Part shown: positions 1 through 8,053 of the stretch, in pieces
How positions within the stretch are numbered: position 1 is the stretch's first letter
Layout: every line of letters begins with the position of its first letter
DNA from: Anaerolineales bacterium
GTDB lineage: Bacteria; Chloroflexota; Anaerolineae; Anaerolineales; E44-bin32
DNA length: 63,458 bases
Direction of reading: 5' to 3'
NCBI GenBank assembly: GCA_046259355.1
Contig: JBJYWH010000298.1
Span: 10,895 to 74,352, forward strand
Position numbers and translations under genes: made by a program
Notes under the pieces: generated by a model
Databases searched by the model: none
The model's input: the letters and a program-made list of their open reading frames with translations, nothing else
What the model was told of the DNA's origin: nothing

Positions 1-99
1 GCGCTGCTCGCCATCAAGGATGATGACCCCCTGGTAAACCGACTGGCAGGCCGACAGAAAGAGCAGGAGCAAAAGTGGGGCCCATCTGAATGGCTTCAA
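1..99 (-). CDS. lipoprotein, N-terminal 33 codons only (runs off window edge)
   Basis: Own reading of the reverse strand gives TTG AAG CCA TTC AGA TGG ... = (M)KPFRWAPLLLLLFLSACQSVYQGVIILDGEQR. This is a textbook lipoprotein signal peptide with lipobox LSAC. GAGGAGGA lies 6 nt upstream, and the TTG start overlaps the TGA stop of the MFS gene (TTGA). It is too short for the ORF track. Confidence 0.4.
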   Translation of the reverse strand, partial: MKPFRWAPLLLLLFLSACQSVYQGVIILDGEQR

Positions 100-1376
100 A
101 CCTCGTCCTCCTCGCCCGCTCGATTCCCGGTTGGGCGCGATGATGTTCCGGAGACATACAGCAGGAGAAGGACGGCCAGAAAGAACACGATGGCCAGCGC
201 ATCGACCCACTGCAGGTAGCGCTGCGTCGTCACGTCAAGCACCAATGCCAGCCCGGTGCTGAGGAACGTCGCCAACCAGCCGCTGATCGAGACGCCGATC
301 GCGGTATTGCGGCTGATCGTATCCGGTGTGGAGATATCCGCCCAGATGGCAAAATTTACGACGGTGTACAGACTGACCGCGATGGCATACATCATTGGCA
401 TGGCCAGATTCGTGCTCAAGGCACTGCGCGAGAAGAAACTCCCGATTGAGAGCAAGTGCGTCAGGGCGAAAACGCCAAAAATCCACAGAAAGAGCTGCTT
501 GTCATCCCCGTTCGCATACAGCACCCCACCGACCAGGGCGGCGGTGATGTGCACGATCGCCAGGATGAACCGGGGTTCCAGATCCGGGGACTGCCAGGTC
601 GCCACCATCAGGCTGGGGGTATCAAGCAGCCGCAGGAAACCCAGGCTGTCGATAAAGTAAATGGCAAACATCAAGCCCATCAAGCCCAGCAGACGGGCCG
701 GCACACGCCGGCGGTCTTCCTGCAGGCCTCGCACGTAGCGGCCGTTGGCAAACCGGGCGAGCTCGTGCTGCCGTCCCAGGCGATCGATCCAGGCAGGAGG
801 CCGGAAGACCAGCCAGCCCATCACCAAACTCGCGGCCGCCATCGGACCGATGAAGATCCGCCCTAACGCACCGATCGTCCATGAGCCGACCAGCAGATTG
901 CCGACTGCATATGCCACGGCCGTAATCGCGGCCGCAGCGCCCCCCCGCCAGCGCACCGGAACCAGGTCCACGGTCATTCCAAAGGTGCTTGGCACGCCCA
1001 CCCCCATTCCGATCGAGGCGGCGATGATCCAGACTGTGAAAGCCTGCACGCTGCGTATCTGGAGCGCGGCGACCGTGAGCAAGGTTTGAAGCACAAGCAC
1101 GCCGAAGGTCAGCCGCATCTTTGTGGAAAATTGGCGCCCCCACCCACGGCGATCCATCCAAAAACCAAGGGCGACGGCCATGCCGGCCGTCAGCAGGGCG
1201 AACAGGGCCATTGCACCCGCCACCCGGGAAGGATCCAGCCTCAGCACGCGCTGTCCAAGATCGACCAGGCCGAGCTGCACGAATGTCAGGTTGTATGCGT
1301 AGCCACCGGCCATCAGACCAATGAACAGCACCGTTCCCAGAGTCGCCAATCGTGTCGCTGATTTCACGCCTTCCAT
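96..1376 (-). CDS. MFS-type transporter (polytopic membrane protein)
   Basis: 426-aa ORF with about 12 hydrophobic segments and a charged central loop (RLGRQHELARFANGRYVRGLQEDRRR). The family call rests on general architecture only. Confidence 0.6.
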   Translation of the reverse strand: MEGVKSATRLATLGTVLFIGLMAGGYAYNLTFVQLGLVDLGQRVLRLDPSRVAGAMALFALLTAGMAVALGFWMDRRGWGRQFSTKMRLTFGVLVLQTLLTVAALQIRSVQAFTVWIIAASIGMGVGVPSTFGMTVDLVPVRWRGGAAAAITAVAYAVGNLLVGSWTIGALGRIFIGPMAAASLVMGWLVFRPPAWIDRLGRQHELARFANGRYVRGLQEDRRRVPARLLGLMGLMFAIYFIDSLGFLRLLDTPSLMVATWQSPDLEPRFILAIVHITAALVGGVLYANGDDKQLFLWIFGVFALTHLLSIGSFFSRSALSTNLAMPMMYAIAVSLYTVVNFAIWADISTPDTISRNTAIGVSISGWLATFLSTGLALVLDVTTQRYLQWVDALAIVFFLAVLLLLYVSGTSSRPTGNRAGEEDEV

Positions 1377-1558
1377 GATAACAAAGAGTGATCCTCGCGT
1401 TCCTCATCACACGGGCATTCATGTCGATTGTCACCCTCGTGATCGTATCGGATAGCGCAAGCTCAGCCATGCCAAGTGGGTCCGCTTGCGTTGTGGTCTT
1501 ACTTTGATTTGCCCGTTCAAGCGATCATCGTAGAATCGAGCGATGCGAGGAGGAGAAG

Positions 1559-2131
1559 ATGGAAATACTGCGGGAACGGATACTGGCAGAGGGCAGGAAT
1601 CTCGGCGACGGCATTCTCAAGGTGGATGGCTTTATCAATCATCAGGTTGACCCGGTGCTGATGGACAAGTGCGGACAGGAATTTGCCCGGCGGTTCCAGG
1701 ATGTGAAAGCGACCAAGGTGCTTACCGCCGAGATCTCCGGCATCGCGCCGGCCGTCACCACGGCCCTGCATCTCAATCTGCCCGTCGTGTATGCCCGAAA
1801 AAGCAAACCCATCACCATGCCGGACCAGATTTTTCTCACCCTGGCGCCATCGCACACCAAGGGCAGGACCGTGGAATTGATCGTCTCGCCCGAATACCTG
1901 GGAGCGCAGGAGCGCGTCCTGATCATTGATGATTTCCTGGCCTCCGGGCAGACGATCCTCGGCCTGGTGCGGCTGGCCCGGGCGGCCGGGGCGACCGTCG
2001 TCGGGATCGGTGCCCTGATCGAGAAGACCTTCGAGGGAGGCCGTGAAGCGCTCAGCTTCCTCGAGGTTCCGATCGAATCGCTGGCGCGAATCTCCGAGAT
2101 GCGCGGCGACAAGATCATCTTTGCGGATTAA
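1559..2131 (+). CDS. xpt: xanthine phosphoribosyltransferase
   Basis: 190 aa. The N-terminus MEILRERIL..GILKVDGFINHQVD and the PRPP-binding motif VLIIDDFLASGQT are typical of Xpt. GAGGAGGAG lies just upstream and TAGAAT is at 1531-1536. Confidence 0.9.
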   Translation: MEILRERILAEGRNLGDGILKVDGFINHQVDPVLMDKCGQEFARRFQDVKATKVLTAEISGIAPAVTTALHLNLPVVYARKSKPITMPDQIFLTLAPSHTKGRTVELIVSPEYLGAQERVLIIDDFLASGQTILGLVRLARAAGATVVGIGALIEKTFEGGREALSFLEVPIESLARISEMRGDKIIFAD

Positions 2132-2137
2132 GCCGCG

Positions 2138-3703
2138 ATGGATTCGATCGTCATCCTCGATTTCGGCTCGCAATATGCTCAGCTGATTGCCCGGCGCGTG
2201 CGTGAAGCCCGGGTTTACTGCGAACTCCTCCCTTTTGACGCCCCGGCCGAGCAGGCCCTGCAGTTGAATCCGCGCGGTTTCATCCTCTCCGGCGGGCCGG
2301 CCTCCGTCTACGAAAAGGACGCCCCCCGCATTCCGAGTTACGTGCTGGAGAGCGGACTGCCCGTCCTCGGGATCTGCTATGGAATGCAGGCGCTGACCGA
2401 GGCGCTGGGCGGTGTTGTCGCCCCGGCTGCGGCGCGCGAGTACGGCCAGGCTCAAATTCGTGTTCCGGTGGGCAACCCGTTGATCGCAGCCGGACAGCAC
2501 ATCGTCTGGATGTCCCATGGTGACCGGATCGATGAACCACCTCCCGGCTTCGAGATTCTGGCGCAATCCGACAACTCCCCGATCGCAGCCATGGGCCATC
2601 CTAAAGGGCGTCGCTACGGGCTGCAGTTTCATCCCGAGGTGCAGCACACGCCGGAGGGTGGTGCCATCCTGGAAGCGTTTGTCCATGAGATCTGCGGCGC
2701 AGCCCCGGAGTGGATTCCGGAATCCATCATCGATCAAGCCGTGGAGCGGATTCAAGCTCAGGTCGGTGATGAACGGGTCGTGGCGGGCGTCAGCGGCGGA
2801 GTCGATTCGACCGTGGCCGCCGCACTTGTGCACCGGGCTATCGGCGATCGGCTTGACTGCGTATTCGTCAACAACGGCCTGCTGCGGTCAGGTGAACCGC
2901 AGGCCGTGGTCGAAACCTTTCGGTCCCTTCTCGGCGCCAGGCTGCATCCGGTTGATGCATCGGAACGCTTCCTCGATGCGTTGAGCGGTGTCACCGATCC
3001 GGAGATGAAACGGCGCATTGTCGGAGAGCAATTTATTCGCACCTTTGAACAGGAAGCCCGGCGAATCGGACCGGCTCGATTCCTGCTCCAGGGCACGATC
3101 TATCCAGACGTGTACGAAACGACCTCACCCGACCGGAAGAAAGCAGAGCGGATCAAGACCCACCACAATGTAGGAGGGTTGCCCGAGGATCTGTCCTTTG
3201 AGCTGGTCGAACCACTGCGCTACCTGTTCAAGGACGAGGTACGCGCGGTCGGCCGCCAACTGGGACTCCCCTCAGAGGTGGTGGATCGTCAGCCTTTCCC
3301 GGGACCGGGGCTGGCGGTGCGCTGCCTGGGGGAGGTCACCTTCGAACGCCTGGCGCGCCTGCGTCAAGCGGATGAAATCGTGCGGCACGAATTGGAGGCC
3401 TTTGGAGCCCGGGCCCGCAGGAGGGATCCCTCCGGAGACGAGCGATCGATCCCGATCGCGCAGGCTTTTGCCGTCCTGCTTCCGGTCCGATCGGTGGGCG
3501 TGATGGGAGACCAGCGGACATATGCCGAGACCATCGCCATCCGGGCTGTGACGACCGATGACTTCATGACGGCCGATTGGGCTCGCATCCCGGACGAATG
3601 GCTCGCCCGGATCAGCAACCGCATCGTCAATGAGGTGCCGGGAGTGAACCGTGTGGTTTACGACATCACCAGCAAACCACCGGGCACGATCGAGTGGGAA
3701 TGA
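2138..3703 (+). CDS. guaA: GMP synthase (glutamine-hydrolysing)
   Basis: 521 aa. It has a class I GATase (GICYGMQ, HPE), the ATP-PPase P-loop SGGVDS and the conserved C-terminus ..[10 protein letters not shown]. It starts 6 nt after the xpt stop. Confidence 0.95.
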   Translation: MDSIVILDFGSQYAQLIARRVREARVYCELLPFDAPAEQALQLNPRGFILSGGPASVYEKDAPRIPSYVLESGLPVLGICYGMQALTEALGGVVAPAAAREYGQAQIRVPVGNPLIAAGQHIVWMSHGDRIDEPPPGFEILAQSDNSPIAAMGHPKGRRYGLQFHPEVQHTPEGGAILEAFVHEICGAAPEWIPESIIDQAVERIQAQVGDERVVAGVSGGVDSTVAAALVHRAIGDRLDCVFVNNGLLRSGEPQAVVETFRSLLGARLHPVDASERFLDALSGVTDPEMKRRIVGEQFIRTFEQEARRIGPARFLLQGTIYPDVYETTSPDRKKAERIKTHHNVGGLPEDLSFELVEPLRYLFKDEVRAVGRQLGLPSEVVDRQPFPGPGLAVRCLGEVTFERLARLRQADEIVRHELEAFGARARRRDPSGDERSIPIAQAFAVLLPVRSVGVMGDQRTYAETIAIRAVTTDDFMTADWARIPDEWLARISNRIVNEVPGVNRVVYDITSKPPGTIEWE

Positions 3704-3719
3704 GAAATCAAAATAAGAA

Positions 3720-3753
3720 AAGCCCCCGCCGTATGCGCGGGGGCTTTCGATTT
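3720..3753. terminator. bidirectional intrinsic terminator
   Basis: The stem GCCCCCGC (3722-3729) pairs with GCGGGGGC (3737-3744) around a 7-nt loop. It is followed by TTTCGATTT on the + strand and preceded by AAAATAAGAAAA, which is a T-run on the - strand. It sits between guaA and a convergent small ORF. Confidence 0.7.
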
Positions 3754-3815
3754 CGTGGGACGGCAACAGATCCGGGCGCGTAACGCCTCTCGCTTCGATT
3801 GCCGAAGGGGCCGGA

Positions 3816-3935
3816 TCAGCGCGGGATGAGCAGCGCCTGCACGAGCAGCCAGGCTTCAACCGACAGCACGCCCACGAAGCCCGCGATCAGGATGATCCGG
3901 ATAGCCCTTTCAATCAGATTCGTGCCTTCGACCAT
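3816..3935 (-). CDS. 39-aa single-pass membrane micro-protein (hypothetical)
   Basis: Own translation: MVEGTNLIERAIRIILIAGFVGVLSVEAWLLVQALLIPR. GAAGGTGG lies 7 nt upstream of the ATG. 31 of 39 third positions are G/C, matching the genomic coding bias. It ends about 60 nt before the bidirectional terminator and is below the ORF-track cutoff. Confidence 0.35.
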   Translation of the reverse strand: MVEGTNLIERAIRIILIAGFVGVLSVEAWLLVQALLIPR

Positions 3936-4106
3936 GAGTGCCACCTTCTGCAACCACTCCTGCCAATCCGCTTCATCTCAATGGGAACAACACCGCTAAC
4001 CTACCGCCGTTCCGATCTGCTTCGATGATACATTGGTACCAGCCTGCCATGTGAAGTTTGTAAGGGAGGTGTAAAGTCGTCTCCGGTCAATCATTTCACG
4101 CCGTGC

Positions 4107-4112
4107 TACAAT
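4107..4112 (+). promoter_or_regulatory. -10 element (TGcTACAAT) 6 nt upstream of ATG 4119; leaderless-type start
   Basis: TACAAT is preceded by TGc (extended -10). There is no SD between it and the ATG. Confidence 0.45.
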
Positions 4113-4118
4113 GGCCGC

Positions 4119-5999
4119 ATGAGCTGGTCGCGGCTCAAGACCTCCCTAATCTTTTCCCTCAGTGTCATGCCCCTGATCGCATCCACCGTGGTGGTCCGTG
4201 CCCAGGAAAGCTGGCGCATGCAGCTCTCCGATCCTCTCATCGAGAGCTTCCCGATTGTGTCCCTTTTCGCACAGGTGCTTGACGAAAACGGTGCACGGGT
4301 GGAGGGGCTTGGCCCGGCTGACTTTCAGCTTTTCGAAGATGGAACGCCACTGCCCGGCTTCACGGTTAACGAGCTTTCGGTCGGGGCTCGATTGGTCTTC
4401 GCCATCAATACCGACGCCAGCCTGCGCATTCGGGATTCGCTCGGACGATCGCGTTTCGAGCTGGCCCGTCAAGCGCTGCTCGCCTGGTGGAGCCGTCCGG
4501 ATGCAACCCGCTTGAATTTCGATGATCTGACCTTGTTGGACAGCGAACGAGTGCTTGTAGCCCACAGCGATAGCACAGCCGAACTCGCCAGCACGCTCGA
4601 TCAGACCACACCCACCTTCAGTGAAGTGGACACCGGCTATGAACTGCTGTTCCGGGCGCTGGACTTCACCAGCGAACCGGCCTCGCACCCGGGCATGACA
4701 AGCAGTATGATTTTCATCACCTCCCTGCTGCGCCAACCGCGCGACATCCCGCTCACCAACATCATCACGCGCGCCCGCAGCACGGGAACCGTGATCTATC
4801 CAGTCCTGATCGGCCCGATCGAAGAAGCTGATCAACCCGAGGTCGAGATTCTGGAGCGGCTGGCGCAGGAGACCGGCGGGAGGTTGATCCGGTTCGATGA
4901 GACGCAAGGGCTCTCGGAACTGGCGGATTTGATCACCGCAAGCCGAAAACAGTATGAACTCGGCTACACCTCGCGCGCATCCGAGTCAGGTCCGCATGAA
5001 GTTCGGGTCGAACTTGCGAGCGGAGCCGGTGAGGGACTTGCCGCCAGCAGCACCTTCGTGCTCGAAATCCAGCCGGCGGAAGTAACTCTCCTGGGGGTGC
5101 CGTCATCGATCCGACGCTCGACGGACGATCCGGAGATCTCACCGGAATCGATCCCACCGACTATGCTTACGGTGCGGTACGCCATTCGATTCCCGGATGG
5201 CTACTCGCGTGCAATCCAGCTCAGCCAGCTGTATGTCGACGGCACCGTCGTCGCCCAGCGAGCAGAGCCGCCCTTTGAAAGTCTGGATTGGGACATCAGC
5301 GGGCTGCTCGAATCCAGCACGCACACTCTGCAGGTTACGGTTGTCGATTCGCTGGGCTTGAAGGGCAGCTCCCTCCCGGCCCGCATCGCGCTGGAAGTCC
5401 AGCTGCCTCCGGGCGGCCTGACAGCCATTCGGCCGGCGCTCGGCTCCCTGCTGGCGGCACTGGCGGTGCTGGTGGTCGGCATTGCGCTGGCATCCATCAT
5501 GCTGAGCGGACGGCGTCCGCGGCTGCGACCGCTGGAGGAGGCCCAGCCCAAACCGCAGCCGAGCGTCCTGCGGCGCGCCGCCCTGCAGCGGGAATTGCCC
5601 GAGGAACCAACCGAGGCCGTGCTCGTCCCGCTGACCGGAGAACTCGACGAGTCTGAAGTGATCCCGCTGATCGGAATGGATACGGTGCTCGGGCGGGATC
5701 CCTCGCTCGCGGCCATCCCGATCGAAGACGCGTCCGTGGATCGGCTGCACGCGCGCCTGATCCGCCAGGCAGATGGCGAGTACTTGATTCGCGACCAGGA
5801 CTCGACGGCCGGCACCTGGGTCAACTTCCGTGAGGTTCCAAAATCCGGCCTACGATTGAAACACGGCGACCTCGTACATCTCGGAGACGTTGCCTTCCGA
5901 TTCCAGTATGTCGATCCGCCTGCACCGCGCCCCGTCCGGGTTGTTCCGGAGCGCGAATCATCCCGGACACCTTCCGGTGAGGGGAAGGAAGAACCATGA
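4119..5999 (+). CDS. membrane-spanning vWA-like / FHA domain protein
   Basis: 626 aa. It has an N-terminal signal/anchor, an extracytoplasmic vWA-like region (VFAINTD..., MIFITS...), a TM helix (LGSLLAALAVLVVGIALASIML) and a C-terminal FHA domain (VLGRD..VDRLHARL..DSTAGTWVN..GDLVHLGDVAFRF). Confidence 0.75.
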   Translation: MSWSRLKTSLIFSLSVMPLIASTVVVRAQESWRMQLSDPLIESFPIVSLFAQVLDENGARVEGLGPADFQLFEDGTPLPGFTVNELSVGARLVFAINTDASLRIRDSLGRSRFELARQALLAWWSRPDATRLNFDDLTLLDSERVLVAHSDSTAELASTLDQTTPTFSEVDTGYELLFRALDFTSEPASHPGMTSSMIFITSLLRQPRDIPLTNIITRARSTGTVIYPVLIGPIEEADQPEVEILERLAQETGGRLIRFDETQGLSELADLITASRKQYELGYTSRASESGPHEVRVELASGAGEGLAASSTFVLEIQPAEVTLLGVPSSIRRSTDDPEISPESIPPTMLTVRYAIRFPDGYSRAIQLSQLYVDGTVVAQRAEPPFESLDWDISGLLESSTHTLQVTVVDSLGLKGSSLPARIALEVQLPPGGLTAIRPALGSLLAALAVLVVGIALASIMLSGRRPRLRPLEEAQPKPQPSVLRRAALQRELPEEPTEAVLVPLTGELDESEVIPLIGMDTVLGRDPSLAAIPIEDASVDRLHARLIRQADGEYLIRDQDSTAGTWVNFREVPKSGLRLKHGDLVHLGDVAFRFQYVDPPAPRPVRVVPERESSRTPSGEGKEEP

Positions 6000-6931
6000 T
6001 CCATTCCGATCAACCCCACCTCATCGCAGCCGCCCGCAGCCATGCGGGCCTGCAGCGCCAGAACAATGAGGACCGCTACGCCGTGCGCAGCTACCGCCTC
6101 GAAAAGACCGCCGCGCCGGTTCTCCTGGCGATCGTATCGGACGGCATCGGAGGGCATCAGGCCGGGGAAGTGGCTGCCCAGATAACCGTCGAGACGATGC
6201 TGAAAGAATTGAAAGCGTTTGAAGGAGATGATCCCACCCAGCAGATCAAGCGCGCAGTGCTGCTCGCCAACCAGGCCGTTTCGGAGGCCGCTGCAGAATC
6301 CGTCGATCGAAGCGGAATGGGCGCAACCCTTGCGCTGGCCATGATCATCGGTGCCCGGCTCTATACTGCGACCGTGGGGGACAGCCGAATCTACCTGCTG
6401 CGCGGAGGCCGTTTACGACAGATCAGCATCGATCACACCTGGATCCAGGAAGCGATCGAGTATGAGATCATCTCCCCCGAAGAGGCCCTTGATCACCCCC
6501 AGTCCCACATCCTGCGCCGTCATATTGGCGGCGAACAGCCGCCGGATCCCGATTTTCGCATGCAGCTCGAGGATGGCACGAACGAAACCCGGGCGATCGC
6601 CAACCAGGGAGTGGTGCTCGGGGCCGGAGATCAGGTGTTGCTGTGTACGGATGGACTGACCGACATGGTCGAGGATCAGGAAATCTACAACGCTCTCCAC
6701 ACCCGCCCGCCCGAACTGGCGGTCGAGACGCTTCTCGACCTGGCACTGCAGCGCGGTGGGCTGGACAACATCACGCTGGTCATTCTGGGGATGCCGGAAT
6801 CGATCGCCGACTACCTTACCCCGCCGCGTCCGGGACGGGTGCGCCGCCTGATACCTGCCTTGTTAATTCTCGTCCTGCTGACACTGATTGGTATGGCCGT
6901 GATCTGGTGGACCGGGCTCTGGCCGTGGTAA
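5996..6931 (+). CDS. PP2C-family Ser/Thr protein phosphatase with C-terminal TM anchor
   Basis: 311 aa. PP2C motifs are present: NEDRYAV, VSDGIGGHQAGEVAA, VGDSRIYLL, LLCTDGLTD and GGLDNITLVIL. The C-terminal anchor is LIPALLILVLLTLIGMAVIWW. The ATGA start overlaps the stop of the FHA gene. Confidence 0.85.
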   Translation: MIHSDQPHLIAAARSHAGLQRQNNEDRYAVRSYRLEKTAAPVLLAIVSDGIGGHQAGEVAAQITVETMLKELKAFEGDDPTQQIKRAVLLANQAVSEAAAESVDRSGMGATLALAMIIGARLYTATVGDSRIYLLRGGRLRQISIDHTWIQEAIEYEIISPEEALDHPQSHILRRHIGGEQPPDPDFRMQLEDGTNETRAIANQGVVLGAGDQVLLCTDGLTDMVEDQEIYNALHTRPPELAVETLLDLALQRGGLDNITLVILGMPESIADYLTPPRPGRVRRLIPALLILVLLTLIGMAVIWWTGLWPW

Positions 6932-6938
6932 GCCTGAA

Positions 6939-7967
6939 CTAGCGCCGGACTGTCAGGCGGGTGACGAAGCGATCCACCCCACCGAGCCGGTATTTGTACT
7001 CCTCATCCCCGCGCAAGAAGTCGATCTCGTGCCGGCCCTGTTCAATCGCCCACTGGATCAGGTGACCCATCAACACCCAGCCGGGTGAAAGGCTGGCGTG
7101 ATTCGGGTTAAAGCCTGAATTGTAAATCCACAATTTCCCGTTGAAATCGAAATTGAAGTAGCCAAACGCCGGTTCGCCGGCTACGTCCAGCACCGCCAGC
7201 TGCAGCCACCCCTCCGCCGCCGCTGCCTCCGCCAGCAGGTGGAAGTGCCTGCGCATGCTTTCTGTAAGGAAATTTTCCTTCTGGGAATCCATCGCCATCA
7301 ATCGCAGGAATGCGTCTATCTCATCATGGAGATCGGCGCCGGAGTCAACGAGACGCCAATCGACACTGACCGGGTAGCTGTCTGCCCGGCGCAGCTTGCG
7401 CTTCAACTCGCGCCGCTGCTTGCTGTCCAGCGCCTCGAGGTACGTCTCCCAGGAAGTTCCCAGCGTTACATAGGGAGCGGGCTGAAGCTGAATATCCTCG
7501 GTCGACCAGCCGCGCGCCCGGGCCGCCTCTCGCACGACGGCCCGCGTTGGTGTCCCTTCCAGCAGATTGCTCAGCTCCAGGCGGTCCCAGCCCTCAACCG
7601 ACTCCAGTGCTTCCAGCAGTGCCGGGATGAACCCTGCAAGTTCCCCCTCGGCCGCGATGAAATCCAGCACGTCCGCGATCTCGACGCTGCCCAGCAGCAT
7701 GAGCGCCTTCTCTCCATCCGCCTGGCGGGCAAGGAAGAGCGGCGCGATCGCTGAGACTTCACCATCATCTTCCTGGCCGAGCGCCAGGAACAGCTCCGCC
7801 GTGGGCCATTCTCCACCGCCGCGCGTGCTCCACCAGGTCCGCTGGAATGCATGCAGCAGGAACGGGACCCGAGTCACGCTGTTCTCGAGCAGCCGATCCC
7901 AATCGCCGGCAAGGGCATGGAACGTCTGCTCGTCATGGATGAACTTGATCTGCATGGGCGAATCCAT
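6939..7967 (-). CDS. GNAT-fold acetyltransferase, CelD/BioF2-like (Acetyltransf_6-like)
   Basis: The ORF-track frame is 6939..8045. I prefer ATG 7967 (MDSPMQIKF...) or 7955 because TAGAAT (rc of 7982-7987) lies 14 nt upstream of 7967. The C-terminal half (FGYFNFDFNGKLWIYNSGFNP..GWVLMGHLIQWAIEQG..IDFLRGDEEYKYRLG) is typical of this family. Confidence 0.65.
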   Translation of the reverse strand: MDSPMQIKFIHDEQTFHALAGDWDRLLENSVTRVPFLLHAFQRTWWSTRGGGEWPTAELFLALGQEDDGEVSAIAPLFLARQADGEKALMLLGSVEIADVLDFIAAEGELAGFIPALLEALESVEGWDRLELSNLLEGTPTRAVVREAARARGWSTEDIQLQPAPYVTLGTSWETYLEALDSKQRRELKRKLRRADSYPVSVDWRLVDSGADLHDEIDAFLRLMAMDSQKENFLTESMRRHFHLLAEAAAAEGWLQLAVLDVAGEPAFGYFNFDFNGKLWIYNSGFNPNHASLSPGWVLMGHLIQWAIEQGRHEIDFLRGDEEYKYRLGGVDRFVTRLTVRR

Positions 7968-8040
7968 TCGACGTGTTTTGAATTCTACCAGCCGCGGCAA
8001 GCAACTTGCATCATGGATTGCGAGCCGGAATCCGTTTCTG

Positions 8041-8046
8041 TACAAT
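8041..8046 (+). promoter_or_regulatory. -10 element TACAAT 7 nt upstream of ATG 8054; leaderless-type start
   Basis: There is no SD between TACAAT and the ATG. It is divergent from the GNAT promoter. Confidence 0.4.
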
Positions 8047-8053
8047 ACACGCT

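Noticed and set aside
1377-1558. Purine (guanine/xanthine) riboswitch upstream of xpt-guaA, as in Bacillus xpt
   Set aside because: I could not find the conserved three-way-junction core (UAUA..loop-loop GG/CC..CUAC-type segments) in the 182-nt leader. Only a TAGAAT -10 box and a strong SD are evident. A cmscan with RF00167 would settle it.
1517-2833. 438-aa minus-strand ORF overlapping xpt and guaA
   Set aside because: It is antisense to two unmistakable conserved genes. Its Arg/Gly/Asp/His-rich composition is typical of shadow ORFs in high-GC DNA.
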